This document shows, one piece after another, positions 30,557 through 41,900 of a stretch of DNA of 64,000 nt. The notes beneath the pieces are model-generated. The model did not search any database. It saw nothing but the letters and a program-made list of their open reading frames with translations, and had not been told where the DNA came from. The translations under genes and the position numbers were made by a program. The first letter of the stretch is position 1, and each line of letters opens with the position of its first letter. The stretch comes from Gammaproteobacteria bacterium (GTDB taxonomy: Bacteria; Pseudomonadota; Gammaproteobacteria; Burkholderiales; SHXO01). Location: NCBI GenBank assembly GCA_041488355.1, contig JBGPPC010000001.1, forward strand, positions 1,758 to 65,757, given 5' to 3'.

Positions 30557-31021
30557 TTAAAAACCGAGATCGCTCAACGAAAGGTGATCGTCGGGCCGCC
30601 GTCCCACCGGCCAGAAATACTTCCGGTCGCTCTCCTTGATCGGAGCATCGTTGATGCTCGCGATGCGCAGCCGCATCAGCCCCTGTTCATCGAACTCCCA
30701 ATTCTCATTGCCGTAGCTGCGGAACCAGGAGCCGCTATCGTCATGCCACTCGTACGCAAACCGAACCGCGATGCGGTTCTCGCGGAAGGCCCAGAGTTCC
30801 TTGATCAGGCGGTAGTCGAGCTCGCGGCTCCACTTGCGCATCAGGAAGGCTTCGATGGCCTCGCGTCCGTGAAGGAACTCCGCGCGGTTTCGCCAACGGC
30901 TGTCGACCGTATAGGCGAGCGCGACCCTCGCCGGATCACGCGTGTTCCACGCGTCCTCGGCCATGCGCACTTTCTGTGTCGCTGTTTCCAAGCTGAATGG
31001 GGGTAGAGGTGGTCGACTCAC
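30557..31021 (-). CDS. DUF1348 / NTF2-like (SnoaL fold) protein
   Basis: 154 aa. [33 protein letters not shown]...[14 protein letters not shown] is typical of DUF1348. Confidence 0.8.
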   Translation of the reverse strand: MSRPPLPPFSLETATQKVRMAEDAWNTRDPARVALAYTVDSRWRNRAEFLHGREAIEAFLMRKWSRELDYRLIKELWAFRENRIAVRFAYEWHDDSGSWFRSYGNENWEFDEQGLMRLRIASINDAPIKESDRKYFWPVGRRPDDHLSLSDLGF

Positions 31022-31109
31022 GAGCGTGCTCCTTTGGCCAAGTTGTCAATGAGGGCCCGCCGGTGGCGCTTGATGCACCACCGGCGAATCCGCTTGCGCA
31101 AAGAGCACT

Positions 31110-31661
31110 TTACGCAGCCTTGCGCAGCGCCACCACCGGGAAATCGATGTCGGTCTTGGCGACTTCGTTGACGTAGTTCGTCCAGGTGTTGAGCGCCACA
31201 TGCTGCACGATCTCGATCACCTGGGCGTCGCTATAGCCTGCAGCCTTGACCGCCTGAAGATCCCCGTCGCTCACGTGGCCACGGACTTGCGCGACCTTGG
31301 CGGCGAAGCGAACCGCTGCGTTCGCCTTGGGATCATTCGAGGCGCCGTTGCGGTTGGCGATGATCTCGGCGTCGTCCAGTTTCGCGAGGTTCTTGCCCAG
31401 ATACGCATGTGCTGACAGGCAGTAGCCGCAAGCGTTAATTTCGGCGACGGCCAGCGCAACGCGTTCGCGTGTCGCTGCTGGAAGCGCCCCCTTCCCCAGC
31501 GCCGCAAACATGCCAAGGTAGCCTTCGAGCGCAGCAGGACTGCTGGAGACGAGACGGAATAGGTTGGGAACAATGCCGAGCTGCTTCTTGACCGCTTGTA
31601 GCAGCGGCTGAGAGGCGACGGGTGCGGCCTCGATGGTTGCGGGAGTCGAGATGCGTGACAT
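31110..31661 (-). CDS. Carboxymuconolactone decarboxylase / AhpD-like alkylhydroperoxidase family protein
   Basis: 183 aa with a CxxC motif in the AhpD context (INACGYCLSAHAYLG). Confidence 0.85.
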   Translation of the reverse strand: MSRISTPATIEAAPVASQPLLQAVKKQLGIVPNLFRLVSSSPAALEGYLGMFAALGKGALPAATRERVALAVAEINACGYCLSAHAYLGKNLAKLDDAEIIANRNGASNDPKANAAVRFAAKVAQVRGHVSDGDLQAVKAAGYSDAQVIEIVQHVALNTWTNYVNEVAKTDIDFPVVALRKAA

Positions 31662-31775
31662 GGCGTTTTCCTTTCAGTGAGGGACCGACGTGGTCCGGTA
31701 GGTACAAGCCTATAGCCTCCCATTAACCGAAACTAGACGGTAAAATATAGATACACCATTCCATTATTCGGAAGG

Positions 31776-32684
31776 ATGTCCATGGATCGGTTTGAAGCAA
31801 TGGCCGTTCTGTTGGCCGTTGTCGAGGCCGGGAGCCTTTCGGCTGCGGGGCGAAAGCTGGGAATGCCGCTGGCCACGGTGAGTCGCAAAGTCTCGGAACT
31901 CGAAATTCACGTCAAGGCGCGGCTTCTAAGTCGGTCGACCCGACAACTCACGTTGACCGATGCGGGACGCGACTATGTCGCGGCCTGCAAGCGCATCCTC
32001 GAGGACGTAAACGACGCGGAGCGCGCCGCATCCGGTGAATACAGTGCGCCCAAAGGCGATCTCATCATCACGACTCCGATCGTGTTCGGTCGCTTGCACG
32101 TCCTGCCGGTCACAACTGAGTTTCTCAAAGCTTACCCAGAGGTCAATGTGCGCCTCGTACTGGGTGATCGGATCGTCAATCTCCTGGAAGACCATATCGA
32201 TCTCGCAGTTCGCATCGGCGACCTTCCCGACAGCAGCTTGATTGCAATGCGCGTGGGCATGATCCGGCATGTCGTATGTGGCAGTCCGAATTATTTTGCG
32301 GAGCGTAGCGCGCCGAAATCGCCCAGTGAACTCAGCGCGCATCAGTGCGTCACTTTCGCGACGCTGATGTCGCCGGATTCTTGGACCTTCAAAGTGAATG
32401 GGGTCGATGTGTCCGTGCCGATTCACTCGCGGCTCATCGTTAACACCGCGGAGGCCGCCATCGACGCCGCAATTTCCGGCGCTGGCGTGACGCGTGTGTT
32501 GTCGTACCAGATCGAAGATGCCAGGCGGGCCGATTTGTTGGAAGTGACGCTCCGAGACTTCGAGCCCGCACCCATCCCCGTCAGTCTCGTCTACACGAGC
32601 CAGGGGCGATTGCCCCTGAAGTTGCGAGCGTTTCTTGACTTTGCTGCCCCCCGTTTGCGAGAGCGGATGAATATGGAAGTGTGA
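31776..32684 (+). CDS. LysR family transcriptional regulator
   Basis: HTH ([38 protein letters not shown]) followed by a LysR substrate-binding domain. It is divergent from the AhpD-like gene. Confidence 0.92.
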   Translation: MSMDRFEAMAVLLAVVEAGSLSAAGRKLGMPLATVSRKVSELEIHVKARLLSRSTRQLTLTDAGRDYVAACKRILEDVNDAERAASGEYSAPKGDLIITTPIVFGRLHVLPVTTEFLKAYPEVNVRLVLGDRIVNLLEDHIDLAVRIGDLPDSSLIAMRVGMIRHVVCGSPNYFAERSAPKSPSELSAHQCVTFATLMSPDSWTFKVNGVDVSVPIHSRLIVNTAEAAIDAAISGAGVTRVLSYQIEDARRADLLEVTLRDFEPAPIPVSLVYTSQGRLPLKLRAFLDFAAPRLRERMNMEV

Positions 32685-32826
32685 AAGAGGGGGTGATCGC
32701 CAAGTTAACGCCTGCAAAGGTCAGTCGGGGTGCAAGACCACGACCAACGCGTGCAAAGGCCAGAACGCGTGCAAAGGCGAAGGCTTCACGCTCTACAACG
32801 TTTGCGACCGCCACGGCCGTTGGTAA
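32671..32826 (+). pseudogene. 5'-truncated small Cys-rich peptide gene (CKG-repeat, 6-Cys type)
   Basis: The open frame reads ..[40 protein letters not shown]. It has no start codon or signal peptide, and its 5' part is overlapped by the LysR gene end. Confidence 0.5.
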
Positions 32827-33025
32827 ATGGTAAGCGCTCTTCCCCCGATCGCCGGGGGAGGGAGCGAATCTTGATCCGCTCGTGATAGCCGCGTGAGCTT
32901 TTGCCGCAACAATCCGCACCGTTCGGGTCGACAAGGCTGCCGTGGAGGCAAGTCCAGCTGCAACCCGGACGGACCGTTTCCCGCTGCCAGGGTCGGTCCA
33001 ACTCTCATGTTCAGGAGGTCTATCC

Positions 33026-33238
33026 ATGGAGATGAACCAGAGGCTGGCCGGAATGGCGATCGCCGCTGCGGCCGCGGCGCTGTTCATGGCCGGCTGCAGC
33101 TCGACGGGTACCAGCACTGTCCAGGCCGACAGTTCGGGTACGGTCAAGGTCAAGTGCTACGGCGCCAACGCGTGCAAGGGGCACGGCTTCGTCTCGTTGA
33201 CCGAGCAGGCATGCCTCGAGCACTTTGGCCGCGCCTGA
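33026..33238 (+). CDS. Small Cys-containing lipoprotein (70 aa) related to the CKG-repeat peptide
   Basis: AGGAGG lies 7 nt upstream. The lipobox-like signal is AAALFMAGC. The mature part is ..VKVKCYGANACKGHGFVSLTEQACLEHFGRA. Confidence 0.65.
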   Translation: MEMNQRLAGMAIAAAAAALFMAGCSSTGTSTVQADSSGTVKVKCYGANACKGHGFVSLTEQACLEHFGRA

Positions 33239-33250
33239 TGTTTGGTTTCC

Positions 33251-33300
33251 ACGGGCGGTGCGGTGCTTTGGTCTCCGTGCTCTGGTGCCGCCCGTTTCTT
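33251..33300 (+). terminator. Stem-loop with T-run after the small lipoprotein gene
   Basis: ACGGGCGG (33251-33258) pairs with CCGCCCGT (33288-33295) and is followed by TTCTT. The loop is long, which lowers confidence. Confidence 0.35.
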
Positions 33301-33333
33301 CCTCCCTCAACCTGTCTGTGAAAGGAAACTTGT

Positions 33334-33633
33334 ATGAACAGCAATGACCGCATCATCCGTAACGCTTTCGCCAGCCTGGTCACCGCCGGCGCGCTCGCAT
33401 TCGCAGCCAACGGGATCGCCGCCGATACCGACCACAGCAAAGAAGAGAAGTGTGCAGGCATCGTAAAGGCCACCAAGAACGACTGCGCCACCAGCAAGAA
33501 CCAGTGCCATGGGCACGTCACCCAGGATCGCACGGCCGAAGGCTGGATCTACGTGCCCAAGGGCCTGTGCGAGAAGATCTCCGGCGCACATCTGAGCGAG
33601 GCGAGCGACCCGACGCCCGGCGTCAAGAACTAA
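33334..33633 (+). CDS. DUF2282-type secreted 4-Cys protein (second, orphan bufferin-like precursor)
   Basis: 99 aa with signal peptide ..[11 protein letters not shown]. The core is [25 protein letters not shown]...[12 protein letters not shown], with the same C-x10-C-x6-C-x20-C spacing as the copy at 46235. Confidence 0.8.
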   Translation: MNSNDRIIRNAFASLVTAGALAFAANGIAADTDHSKEEKCAGIVKATKNDCATSKNQCHGHVTQDRTAEGWIYVPKGLCEKISGAHLSEASDPTPGVKN

Positions 33634-33652
33634 GCCGCTTGCCGCGACCCAT

Positions 33653-33700
33653 CCCCCACCCTCTCCCTCCCCCGCTGGCGGGGGAGGGAGAGGGTGGGGG
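33653..33700. repeat. GC-rich palindromic (REP-like) element, perfect copy
   Basis: CCCCCACCCTCTCCCTCCCCC-GCTGGC-GGGGGAGGGAGAGGGTGGGGG has perfect 21-nt arms. It lies 20 nt after the DUF2282 stop codon and probably acts as a terminator. Confidence 0.85.
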
Positions 33701-33730
33701 CGCTGTTTCCAACCTGCTTGGAGAACGGAA

Positions 33731-34240
33731 ATGACACGCAAAGCATTTATCGTCGCGGCGATGCTGTGGCTGTTCGCAGCTGCCGGCGCGCAGGCTCAGA
33801 CTCAAACGATGGATATCAAGGTGCTGACATTGGAAGGCGCACGGACCGTCATCGCCGGCGCGTTCGAAGAAGCACGGCGTGTCAAAGCGCCGGGTGGCGC
33901 CATTGCGGTCGTGGACGAGGGTGGCCACATCCTTGCGGTGGAGCGCTGGGATAATACATTCCCGGCGGCGGCCCAGATTTCCATCGGCAAAGCGCGCACC
34001 GCTGCGCTGTTCCGCAAGCAGACCAAGGCTTTCGAGGATGCCATCAACAACGGCCGGTTCGCCATGACCGCTCTGCCAGACACGGTGCTGACGCCGCTTC
34101 AAGGTGGTCTGCCCATCGTGATCGATGGGAAAGTGGTGGGCGCGGTAGGCATGAGCGGCGCCGCCAGTGCGCAGCAGGACGAGGAGCTGGCCATGGCCGG
34201 CATCAAGGCCCTGCAAGAAACGGTGGGAGCGGAAAAATGA
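33731..34240 (+). CDS. GlcG/HbpS-like (DUF336) haem-binding protein, secreted
   Basis: 169 aa with a signal peptide. GGAIAVVDEGGHILAVERWD...QISIGKARTAALF...GGLPIVIDGKVVGAVGMSG is the GlcG signature pattern. Confidence 0.8.
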   Translation: MTRKAFIVAAMLWLFAAAGAQAQTQTMDIKVLTLEGARTVIAGAFEEARRVKAPGGAIAVVDEGGHILAVERWDNTFPAAAQISIGKARTAALFRKQTKAFEDAINNGRFAMTALPDTVLTPLQGGLPIVIDGKVVGAVGMSGAASAQQDEELAMAGIKALQETVGAEK

Positions 34241-35874
34241 ACATCGCGCCGCGACTTGTCGCGGCGGCGCTGCTGGGCCTAGCTGTTTGGGGCTCAGTGG
34301 CGCCGGCTGGCGAGGACGTTTTCCCCGGCAAGCCAGAGGCCGTGGTCGATTTGGCCACCCGCGAAGGCGTCGCGTCGCTCAAAGGCGAGTGGCGCTACAG
34401 CGATACCCGCCTGGTGCAGATCGCGTTCCACGATCCGGGCGCCGACAATCAGCCCACCGGACCGGACACGCCCACCTGGGACTATCTGCCGAAGGCTGGC
34501 GCGCGCGACTTCGACGATGCGAACTGGGCGCGCATCGATCCGGTCACGCTGTCCAAGCCGCGCGGGCACGGGCATCTCTCCTTCAACTGGTACCGCATCC
34601 GGCTCACGGTCCCCGAGCGGGTGGGAAACTTCGACACACGCGGATCAACGGTCGTGTTCGAAACCCAGGTCGACGACTATGCCGAGGTGTGGGTCGACGG
34701 CGAGCTGCCGCATCCGACTGCGCAAAGCGGCGGGCCGGTGGTGATGGGCTGGAATGCCAAGAACCGCCTCGTGATCGGGCGCGATGTGAAGCCTGGCCAG
34801 CAGATCCAGATCGCGCTGTTCGGCATCAACGGGCCGATCTCCAAATCGCCGACCAACTTCATCTTCCTGCACTACGCCAAGCTCGAGTTCCATCGCGGCC
34901 CGACTGGGCCGATGGGCGTAGTGCCGCACGAGGTGAATGTGGATGTGATCCGCCTGGATCCCGCAGTGGACCGGATCGTGCCGCCGAACCCGAAGGTATG
35001 GAAGCTGGCGGAAGGGTTCAAGTTCACCGAGGGACCGGTCTGGGTCCCCGACAGCAATGGCGGGCATCTGCTGTTCTCCGACCCGAATCGCAACACGATC
35101 TACAGCTATCGCGACGGCGCACTGGGGGTTTTCAGGATGCCGAGCGGATATGCCGGAGCTGACATCGCGGAATACGGCCAGCCCGGGTCCAACGGCCTGA
35201 GCCTGGACAGCCAGGGGCGCCTGACGATCGATCAGCACGGTAACCATAGAGTGATTCGTCTGGAGTCGGATGGCAGCGAGACGGTCTTGGCCGACTCCTA
35301 CCAGGGAAAGCGGCTCAACAGTCCCAACGACCTGGTGTACAAGTCGGACGACTCGCTCTACTTCACCGATCCGCCGTTCGGGTTGCCGAAGTTCTTCGAC
35401 GACCCGCGCAAGGAGCTGCCCTACAGCGGCGTGTACCGCTGGAAGGAAGGCAAGCTGACGCTGCTGACGACCGACCTCACCGGCCCCAACGGTATCGCTT
35501 TCTCGCCCGATGAGAAGTTCCTGTACGTCGGAGACTGGGACGACAAGTTCAAGGTCGTGATGCGTTATCCCGTTCTCGCAGATGGGACGCTCGGCAAGGG
35601 CGAGGTGTTTTACGACATGACCAGCGCGCCTGGCGAGGACGCGATCGACGGAATCAAGGTCGACGTGGCGGGCAACGTCTACGTGTCCGGTCCAGGCGGA
35701 TTGTGGATCCTCTCCCCCGAGGGAAAGCACTTGGGAACCATCGTGCCGCCGCGCCACCCGCATAACATGACCTGGGGCGATGCGGACGGCCGAACGCTGT
35801 ACATGACGGCCGAGGACCGCGTGTACCGGATACGGCTCAACATCCCCGGGATCCGCCCGCAGCCGCGGTCGTGA
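34237..35874 (+). CDS. Secreted SMP-30/gluconolactonase/LRE-like beta-propeller protein with an N-terminal beta-sandwich domain
   Basis: 545 aa with a signal peptide. The C-terminal half has SGL repeats (FTEGPVW, NSPNDLV, PNGIAFSPDEKFLYV). An ATGA overlap joins it to the GlcG-like gene. Confidence 0.8.
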   Translation: MNIAPRLVAAALLGLAVWGSVAPAGEDVFPGKPEAVVDLATREGVASLKGEWRYSDTRLVQIAFHDPGADNQPTGPDTPTWDYLPKAGARDFDDANWARIDPVTLSKPRGHGHLSFNWYRIRLTVPERVGNFDTRGSTVVFETQVDDYAEVWVDGELPHPTAQSGGPVVMGWNAKNRLVIGRDVKPGQQIQIALFGINGPISKSPTNFIFLHYAKLEFHRGPTGPMGVVPHEVNVDVIRLDPAVDRIVPPNPKVWKLAEGFKFTEGPVWVPDSNGGHLLFSDPNRNTIYSYRDGALGVFRMPSGYAGADIAEYGQPGSNGLSLDSQGRLTIDQHGNHRVIRLESDGSETVLADSYQGKRLNSPNDLVYKSDDSLYFTDPPFGLPKFFDDPRKELPYSGVYRWKEGKLTLLTTDLTGPNGIAFSPDEKFLYVGDWDDKFKVVMRYPVLADGTLGKGEVFYDMTSAPGEDAIDGIKVDVAGNVYVSGPGGLWILSPEGKHLGTIVPPRHPHNMTWGDADGRTLYMTAEDRVYRIRLNIPGIRPQPRS

Positions 35875-35910
35875 ATTGAGTCCGTCACCGGAGGCGGCGC
35901 ACGCCGGGTC

Positions 35911-38900
35911 TCAATGGTGCTGCAACACCTCGCGCAGTGTTGTGAGCAGCCTCTGCGCCGTGTAGGGCTTGGGGAGGAATCCGGCGACCGGCAGGCCCGA
36001 AAACTCCGGCGCGTTCCCACTCGCATGCAAGCCGCTGCAGACGACGACTCGGACCTCGGGATTGAGCTTCTGCAGCGCGCGTATGGTTGCTGCGCCATCC
36101 ATGTAGGGCATCATCCAGTCGGTGAGCACGATGTCCATTACGTTGCCCAGCCGCGCATACTCGGCCAGCGCCTCGGTTCCATCCTGCGCAGTCGTCACAC
36201 GGTATCCGTGCGCTTCGAGCGTGGTGCGCGTCACCTCCAGGACGGAAGCCTCGTCGTCCACCACCAGCACATGCTCGCCGTGGCCCTCGGGGAGCTCGCT
36301 GCGCGGCTCGGTGTCGCTCACCTCGGCTGATGCCAAGGCGGGCAGGTGGATCTCGAATCTCGATCCGCGGCCCGGCTCGCTCCAGACGTTCACGAATCCG
36401 CCGTGGCTGCGGACGATCCCGGCGACGATGGACAGGCCCAGCCCGGTGCCCTTGCCGATCTCCTTGGTGGTGAAGAACGGCTCGAACACGCGCCCGATCA
36501 GCTGAGGCGCGATGCCCGCACCGGTGTCGGACACTGACACCAACACGTAACGGCCGGGCACAGCATCCGGATACAAGCGGGCATAGTGTTCGTCGACGCT
36601 GAAGTTCTGCGCCGAGAATCGGAGCGTCCCGCCGTGGGGCATCGCATCGCGCGCGTTGAGCGCGAGGTTCAGCAGCACTTGGTGCAACTGGGTCGGATCG
36701 CCTGCCACCGGCCAGATCGGCGCCGGGCTGTCGATCTGGATCTCGATCGCGCGCGGGAACGTCTGGCGGGCGATCTGCCCGATCTCTTCCAGCAGGTGGC
36801 GCGGATCCAGCGTCAACCGCTTGCCCTCCACGCCACGCGCGAAGGCCAGCACTTGGCTGGCGATCTCTGCGCCGCGCCGAGCATTGACCTGGATCATGTC
36901 CAACAGCTGCGGGTTCATCTGCGCATGCCGGTTCCCCTGCAGCGTATCGGCGGCGAGGATGATCGGCGTGAGGATGTTGTTCAGGTCGTGCGCGATGCCG
37001 CCGGCTAGCGTGCCGATGCTCTCCATGCGCTGGGCGCGCAGGAAGTGCTCCTCCATGCGCTTCTTCTCGGTAATGTCCGTGTTGATCATGAGCACGGACG
37101 CGGGCTGGCCCGTCGCGGATCGCACTAGCGTCCAGCGGCTCTGCACGATGACATCCTCGCCCCCGCGGGTGCGCTGGTTGATTTCTCCGGTCCATTCGCC
37201 GCGCTGCAGCACGCTGCGGGTGGCCTCCTCGTTGCGGTCCGATCCCCCATCGATGATTACCACCTCTGGCAGCGGACGGCCGAGCGCCTGGTGCGCCGGC
37301 CACCCATAGAGGCGCTCCGCGCCCTTGTTCCAATACGTAACGCGGTCTTCCAGATCGCAAACGAAGATCGCGTCACCGGCCTTGTCCAGCAACATGGCCT
37401 GGTCGCGGACTTGCTGCTCCGCCCGCTTGCGCTCCGCCACCTCCTGTTCCATGTCGACGTACAGCCTCGCGTTCTCGATCGAGACCGCGATGGTCGACGA
37501 CAAGATCTGAATTATCTCCAGCCGCTTCGGCGTGAAGGCGCCGGCGGTGAGGTCGTTCTCCAGAAACAGAATCGCGGTGAGCTTGCCCTGGTTGAGGATA
37601 GGGACACAGAGGATCGACTTGGCGCGTTTACCGACGACATAGGGATCGCGGGCGAAGCGCTCATCGTGCTCCGCGTCGTCGATGACGACCGCTTGGCAGG
37701 TCCGGCGCACGTAGTTGACGATGCCACCGGAGAGGCGCTCGCTCGATTCCACCGGGATCGACTGCAGGACCCGGGCACCGTCCTCGTTCGCGGCGCCTTC
37801 GGCCTCGATCACCCATTGCCCGTTCTTCTCCAGCACCAGAGCGCCACGCGAGGCGCCTGCGCTTTCCAGCACGGTTCTCATTAGGCTCTGCAGCAGCTTT
37901 TCCAGGACGATCTCACGCGAGATCGCCTGAGCTGCCTTCAGCACAGCGGTGATGTCGAGCGCGCTCGATTGCGCCCCCGCGGGTGGCAAGGAGGAGTCAG
38001 GAGAATCGGCGCTGAGGCCATATCGGGGCTGATCCTCCAACGGCTGCGGCTGTCCTTGGGCGTAGCGTTGCTCGAGCTGCCTGACCTTCGCCCAGGCACC
38101 CCACTGCCGGTAGCACTGGTAGGCCTGAGCGATAAATAGCGCAGCGATCTGGTCCTGCTTTCGATCCTCCCAGAAGCGGGCGTAGAGCTCGCTGGCCAAC
38201 CCCGCCTCGCGTGAACACTCCTGGCCCGCGGCGAACTCGATCGCGGCTTCGTATAGGCCCAGCGCCGCGGTAGCGTCGTCGTGGATGCGAGCGAGCTCTG
38301 CGGACACGATGAGATGCTGCGCGCGGAACAGGTGCGGGGAGTTCTCGGCCCAGTGCTGCAGGCGGAGCGCACAGTTTTCGAGAGTCGCGTCGGCCGCCTT
38401 GCGCTCGGCCTCAGGCAGTGAGCGATAGCAGGCCGTCAGCGAGAGCGCGTGATAGAACACCGTCAGCTCGTCCCAGATGGTGCCTGGAAAGTCCCGGATC
38501 ACGCGCCGGGCTTCGCAGGCGGCTGCGCACGCTCCCGGGTAATCGCCAAAGGTATAGAGCACGGCCAGCTTGGCGACGAAGTAGAACATCTCGAACAAGC
38601 TGTGGCCGCGATAGGTCTGGAGATAACGCTCCTCGTCGAAGCTGTCGTCGGTGAAGGTGGTGGGTCCGACTGTCAGCCCGTTCAAAGCTCGGCCCCACTG
38701 GAGAATCACCTGTTGTCCGCCCGCGAAGTGATGCATCTTCACGCGGTTCATGTAGTCGACGTTAGCCGGGTACGTCGCGCAGAATTTGTCCAGGTCGGAT
38801 CCCGAGAGCAGCGCGAACCAGATCTCGTTGAACAGCGCATACGCCGCATCGACGAACAGACCGGTTTCGTTTCCCAACCGGAACGCTTCGCGCGTGATCG

Positions 38901-41900
38901 GGATCGAGTCCTGCAGCGGCATGCGCCAGAGGCTGATGGCCCAGGCAAACATCATCAGCACGCGCGCGCGCAGAGCCCGGTGTTCGAAGCGCTCGTTCAC
39001 GCGGATTGCGAGCTTGCCGAAGGCGTAGGCGGCCTCGAAATCCTCCCGCACCGGACCCAGGAACATGGCGGCAAACAGCACATACGCGTAGGCCGAGTCC
39101 TCCATGTTCCCGTGCTCTAGGCACAGGCGCACCATGGTGGCGGTATTGAGGAGGGTCAGCGTCTTATCGCCCGACAAATAACAGGGCGTGTGAAGGTTGG
39201 CCAGCAGCTTGAGCACCGAGCGCTGCTCCGGGTCGCGCATCGGCGGCAGGTCGATTAGCGACTCGATGCTACGCACGCCGATCAGAGACTCGATGATTGC
39301 GACCTCGCGGTCGAGCGCATTCTGTCTCGCCTCCGGCGCGTCGGGGAAGGTAATGTCGAACAGCGCCAATCCGTCGTGGCCGGTGCGGATCGCATCTGCG
39401 TAGCGCGACAGGCTTTCGTATTGAAGCACCCGCAGATCGTGCACGCTGGCTCGGTCCAGGCGGCCGTGCGCTTGCTGCAGCAGCAGGCTAAAAGAATCCT
39501 GCGCCTCTCCGAACTGCCCGCAGAGATACTGGCATTCCGCGAGCTCGAGATATAGCGGGAACGCTATCGAGTAGTCACGGCTCCAGGGCTCTGCCGGCAG
39601 CAGCGCCCGCGCAGCGGTGAAATAGGCCAACGCCGCCGGAAAAGCTGCGGATGCTTTCGCCTTTCTCCCGGCGGCACACGCCATCTCTGCGATGCGCAGC
39701 CGCTCATCGGCAGCCTCGATCAGCTCGCTGCCGTAGCAGAGGTGGTTCACGATGTGGAACAGCTTGTCCTCGCGCTCCGGCACGCTGAGGTGCTGCCACA
39801 TCAGACGGCCGACTTGCAGATGCAGCTCGCGTTTGCGTTCGTCGGGGATGAGCGCATACGCGGCCTGCTGCACCCGGTCGTGGAGAAAGCGGTAGTGCTC
39901 CTCCGCAGTCTCTACCTGGGGCGCAATGTCCTCCTCATCTGGCTCCTGACGGCGGCCAAGCGGCAGGATCAATCCCTCGCGCAGCGCGGGCCACAGATCC
40001 TGAGCCGTCTCACGGACCGGCACTTGTCGGGCGAGAGCCAATGTCTTCAAGGCGAACTCGTTGCCCACGCACGCTGCCAGCATCAAGGCCTGGCGCGCTG
40101 CCTGCGGGAGCCGCTGAATGCGGCCCGCCATGAGTGTGACCACGTTGTCGGTCATGCCGGTCTGCTCGATGCGCTCGACATCGAAGCGCCACCGGCCCGC
40201 CGCATGATCGAACCTGACCAGCTGATCCTGATGCAGGGACTTCAGGAACTGAATGACGAACAGGGGATTGCCGTCGGTCTTCTGCTGCACCAACCGAGCC
40301 AGCGACTCGACATCGGCCGGCTCACAGCCCATGGCGTCGGCGATGAGACGGTTCAGCTCTTCAAGTGGCAGAGGCAGCACCTCGATGCGGCTCACGGCGT
40401 CTGGCCGCGTTCCAATCAGCGCTACCGTTTCCAGCAAAGGGTGGCCGGCGGGGACTTCGTTGTCGCGAAACGCCCCGACCACCAGCAGGTGCTGTATCGC
40501 CCGCTGCGACACAATCGTTTCGAGCAGCTTGAGCGTGGCAGGATCGGCCCACTGTAGGTCGTCCAGAAACAGCACCAGCGGATGGTGCTCCTGTGTGAAC
40601 ACCCGGACGAAGCGCTCGAACACCAGATCGAACCGGTTCTGCGACTCCATCGGCGGCAGCTTCGGCAGCGCCGGCTGGACTCCGATGATCAGCCCGACCT
40701 CAGGGATCACCTCAACGATGACCTGTCCGTTCGGACCGAGCGCCTCCAGCAACCTGATGCGCCAAGCGGCGACCTCGTCCTCACTCTGCGTGAGCAACTG
40801 CTCGATCAGCTGCTGGAAGGCCTGCGCTACGGAGCTGTAGGGCACGTTGCGCTTGAGCTGGTCGAACTTGCCGGTGATGAACAGGCCCCCCTCACGCGTG
40901 ACGGGCCCGCGTACCTCGTTCACCAGGGCCGATTTGCCCACGCCCGAGAACCCCGAAACGAGCAGCAGCTCGCACGTGCCCTGCCGGGCTCGCTCGCAGG
41001 CCGCCAGCAGTCGCGCGATCTCGGGCTCGCGGCCGTACAACCGCCGCGTCGGCTGCAGGCTGCCGCGCGCATCGTGGCGCCCGAGATCGAGCGTCTCAAT
41101 CGTGCCTGTGGAGCGCCACTGCGACAGGCAAGCCTGCAGGTCGGCCTCGAGTCCGTGCGCGCTCTGATAGCGCGCCTCGGCGGTCTTGGCCAGCAGCTTC
41201 ACGACAATGTTCGAGATGGGGAGGGGAATGGCGGGATCCACCTGGCCTGGCGGCGTCAGCGCTCGGGCGATGTGGGAATGCACCAGCTCCAGGGGATCGG
41301 TGGACAGGAACGGCGCCTTTCCCGTCAGCAGCTCATATAGCACCACGCCGAGCGAGTAGAGATCGGTCCGGTGATCGAGGGCTCGATTCACTCGTCCTGT
41401 CTGCTCGGGCGCCATATAGACGAGGGAGCCTTCCGTCGGTGGCGACTGACTCTCACCGCTCCCGTCCAGCGCAGGCTGGCGCGCCAGAGACAGGTCGATC
41501 AGCTGCACGCGCAGCGTCTCCGGCTCCACCAGAAAGCTGTCCGGGCTGACGTTGCAGTGGATGATTCCGGAATCGTGCAGCGCCCTCAACGTTCCCGTGA
41601 CGCGAATCGCGAGCTCCAGAAAGGTCGCCGGCTCGCGCGAGCCGATCCCTATCCAATTCCGGAGCGGCTCGCCGCCGCCGTCATCCAACACCAGCACAAG
41701 GCCGTGGAAGGATTTCTCCAGAGCGCTGCCGGTCGCACCGGAGCTTGGAGCCAACAGGTGCATCAACTCCCGTTCCCGCCGCAGCGAGGCTAGATCGGCA
41801 GCGGACGGAAATTCGCGCGGCAGTGCCTTGAGCAGGACCGGCCGATCGTCCTCGACGCGGCGGGCGCGGTAGACGACGTGCGTGGCCGTCCGCAGGACGA

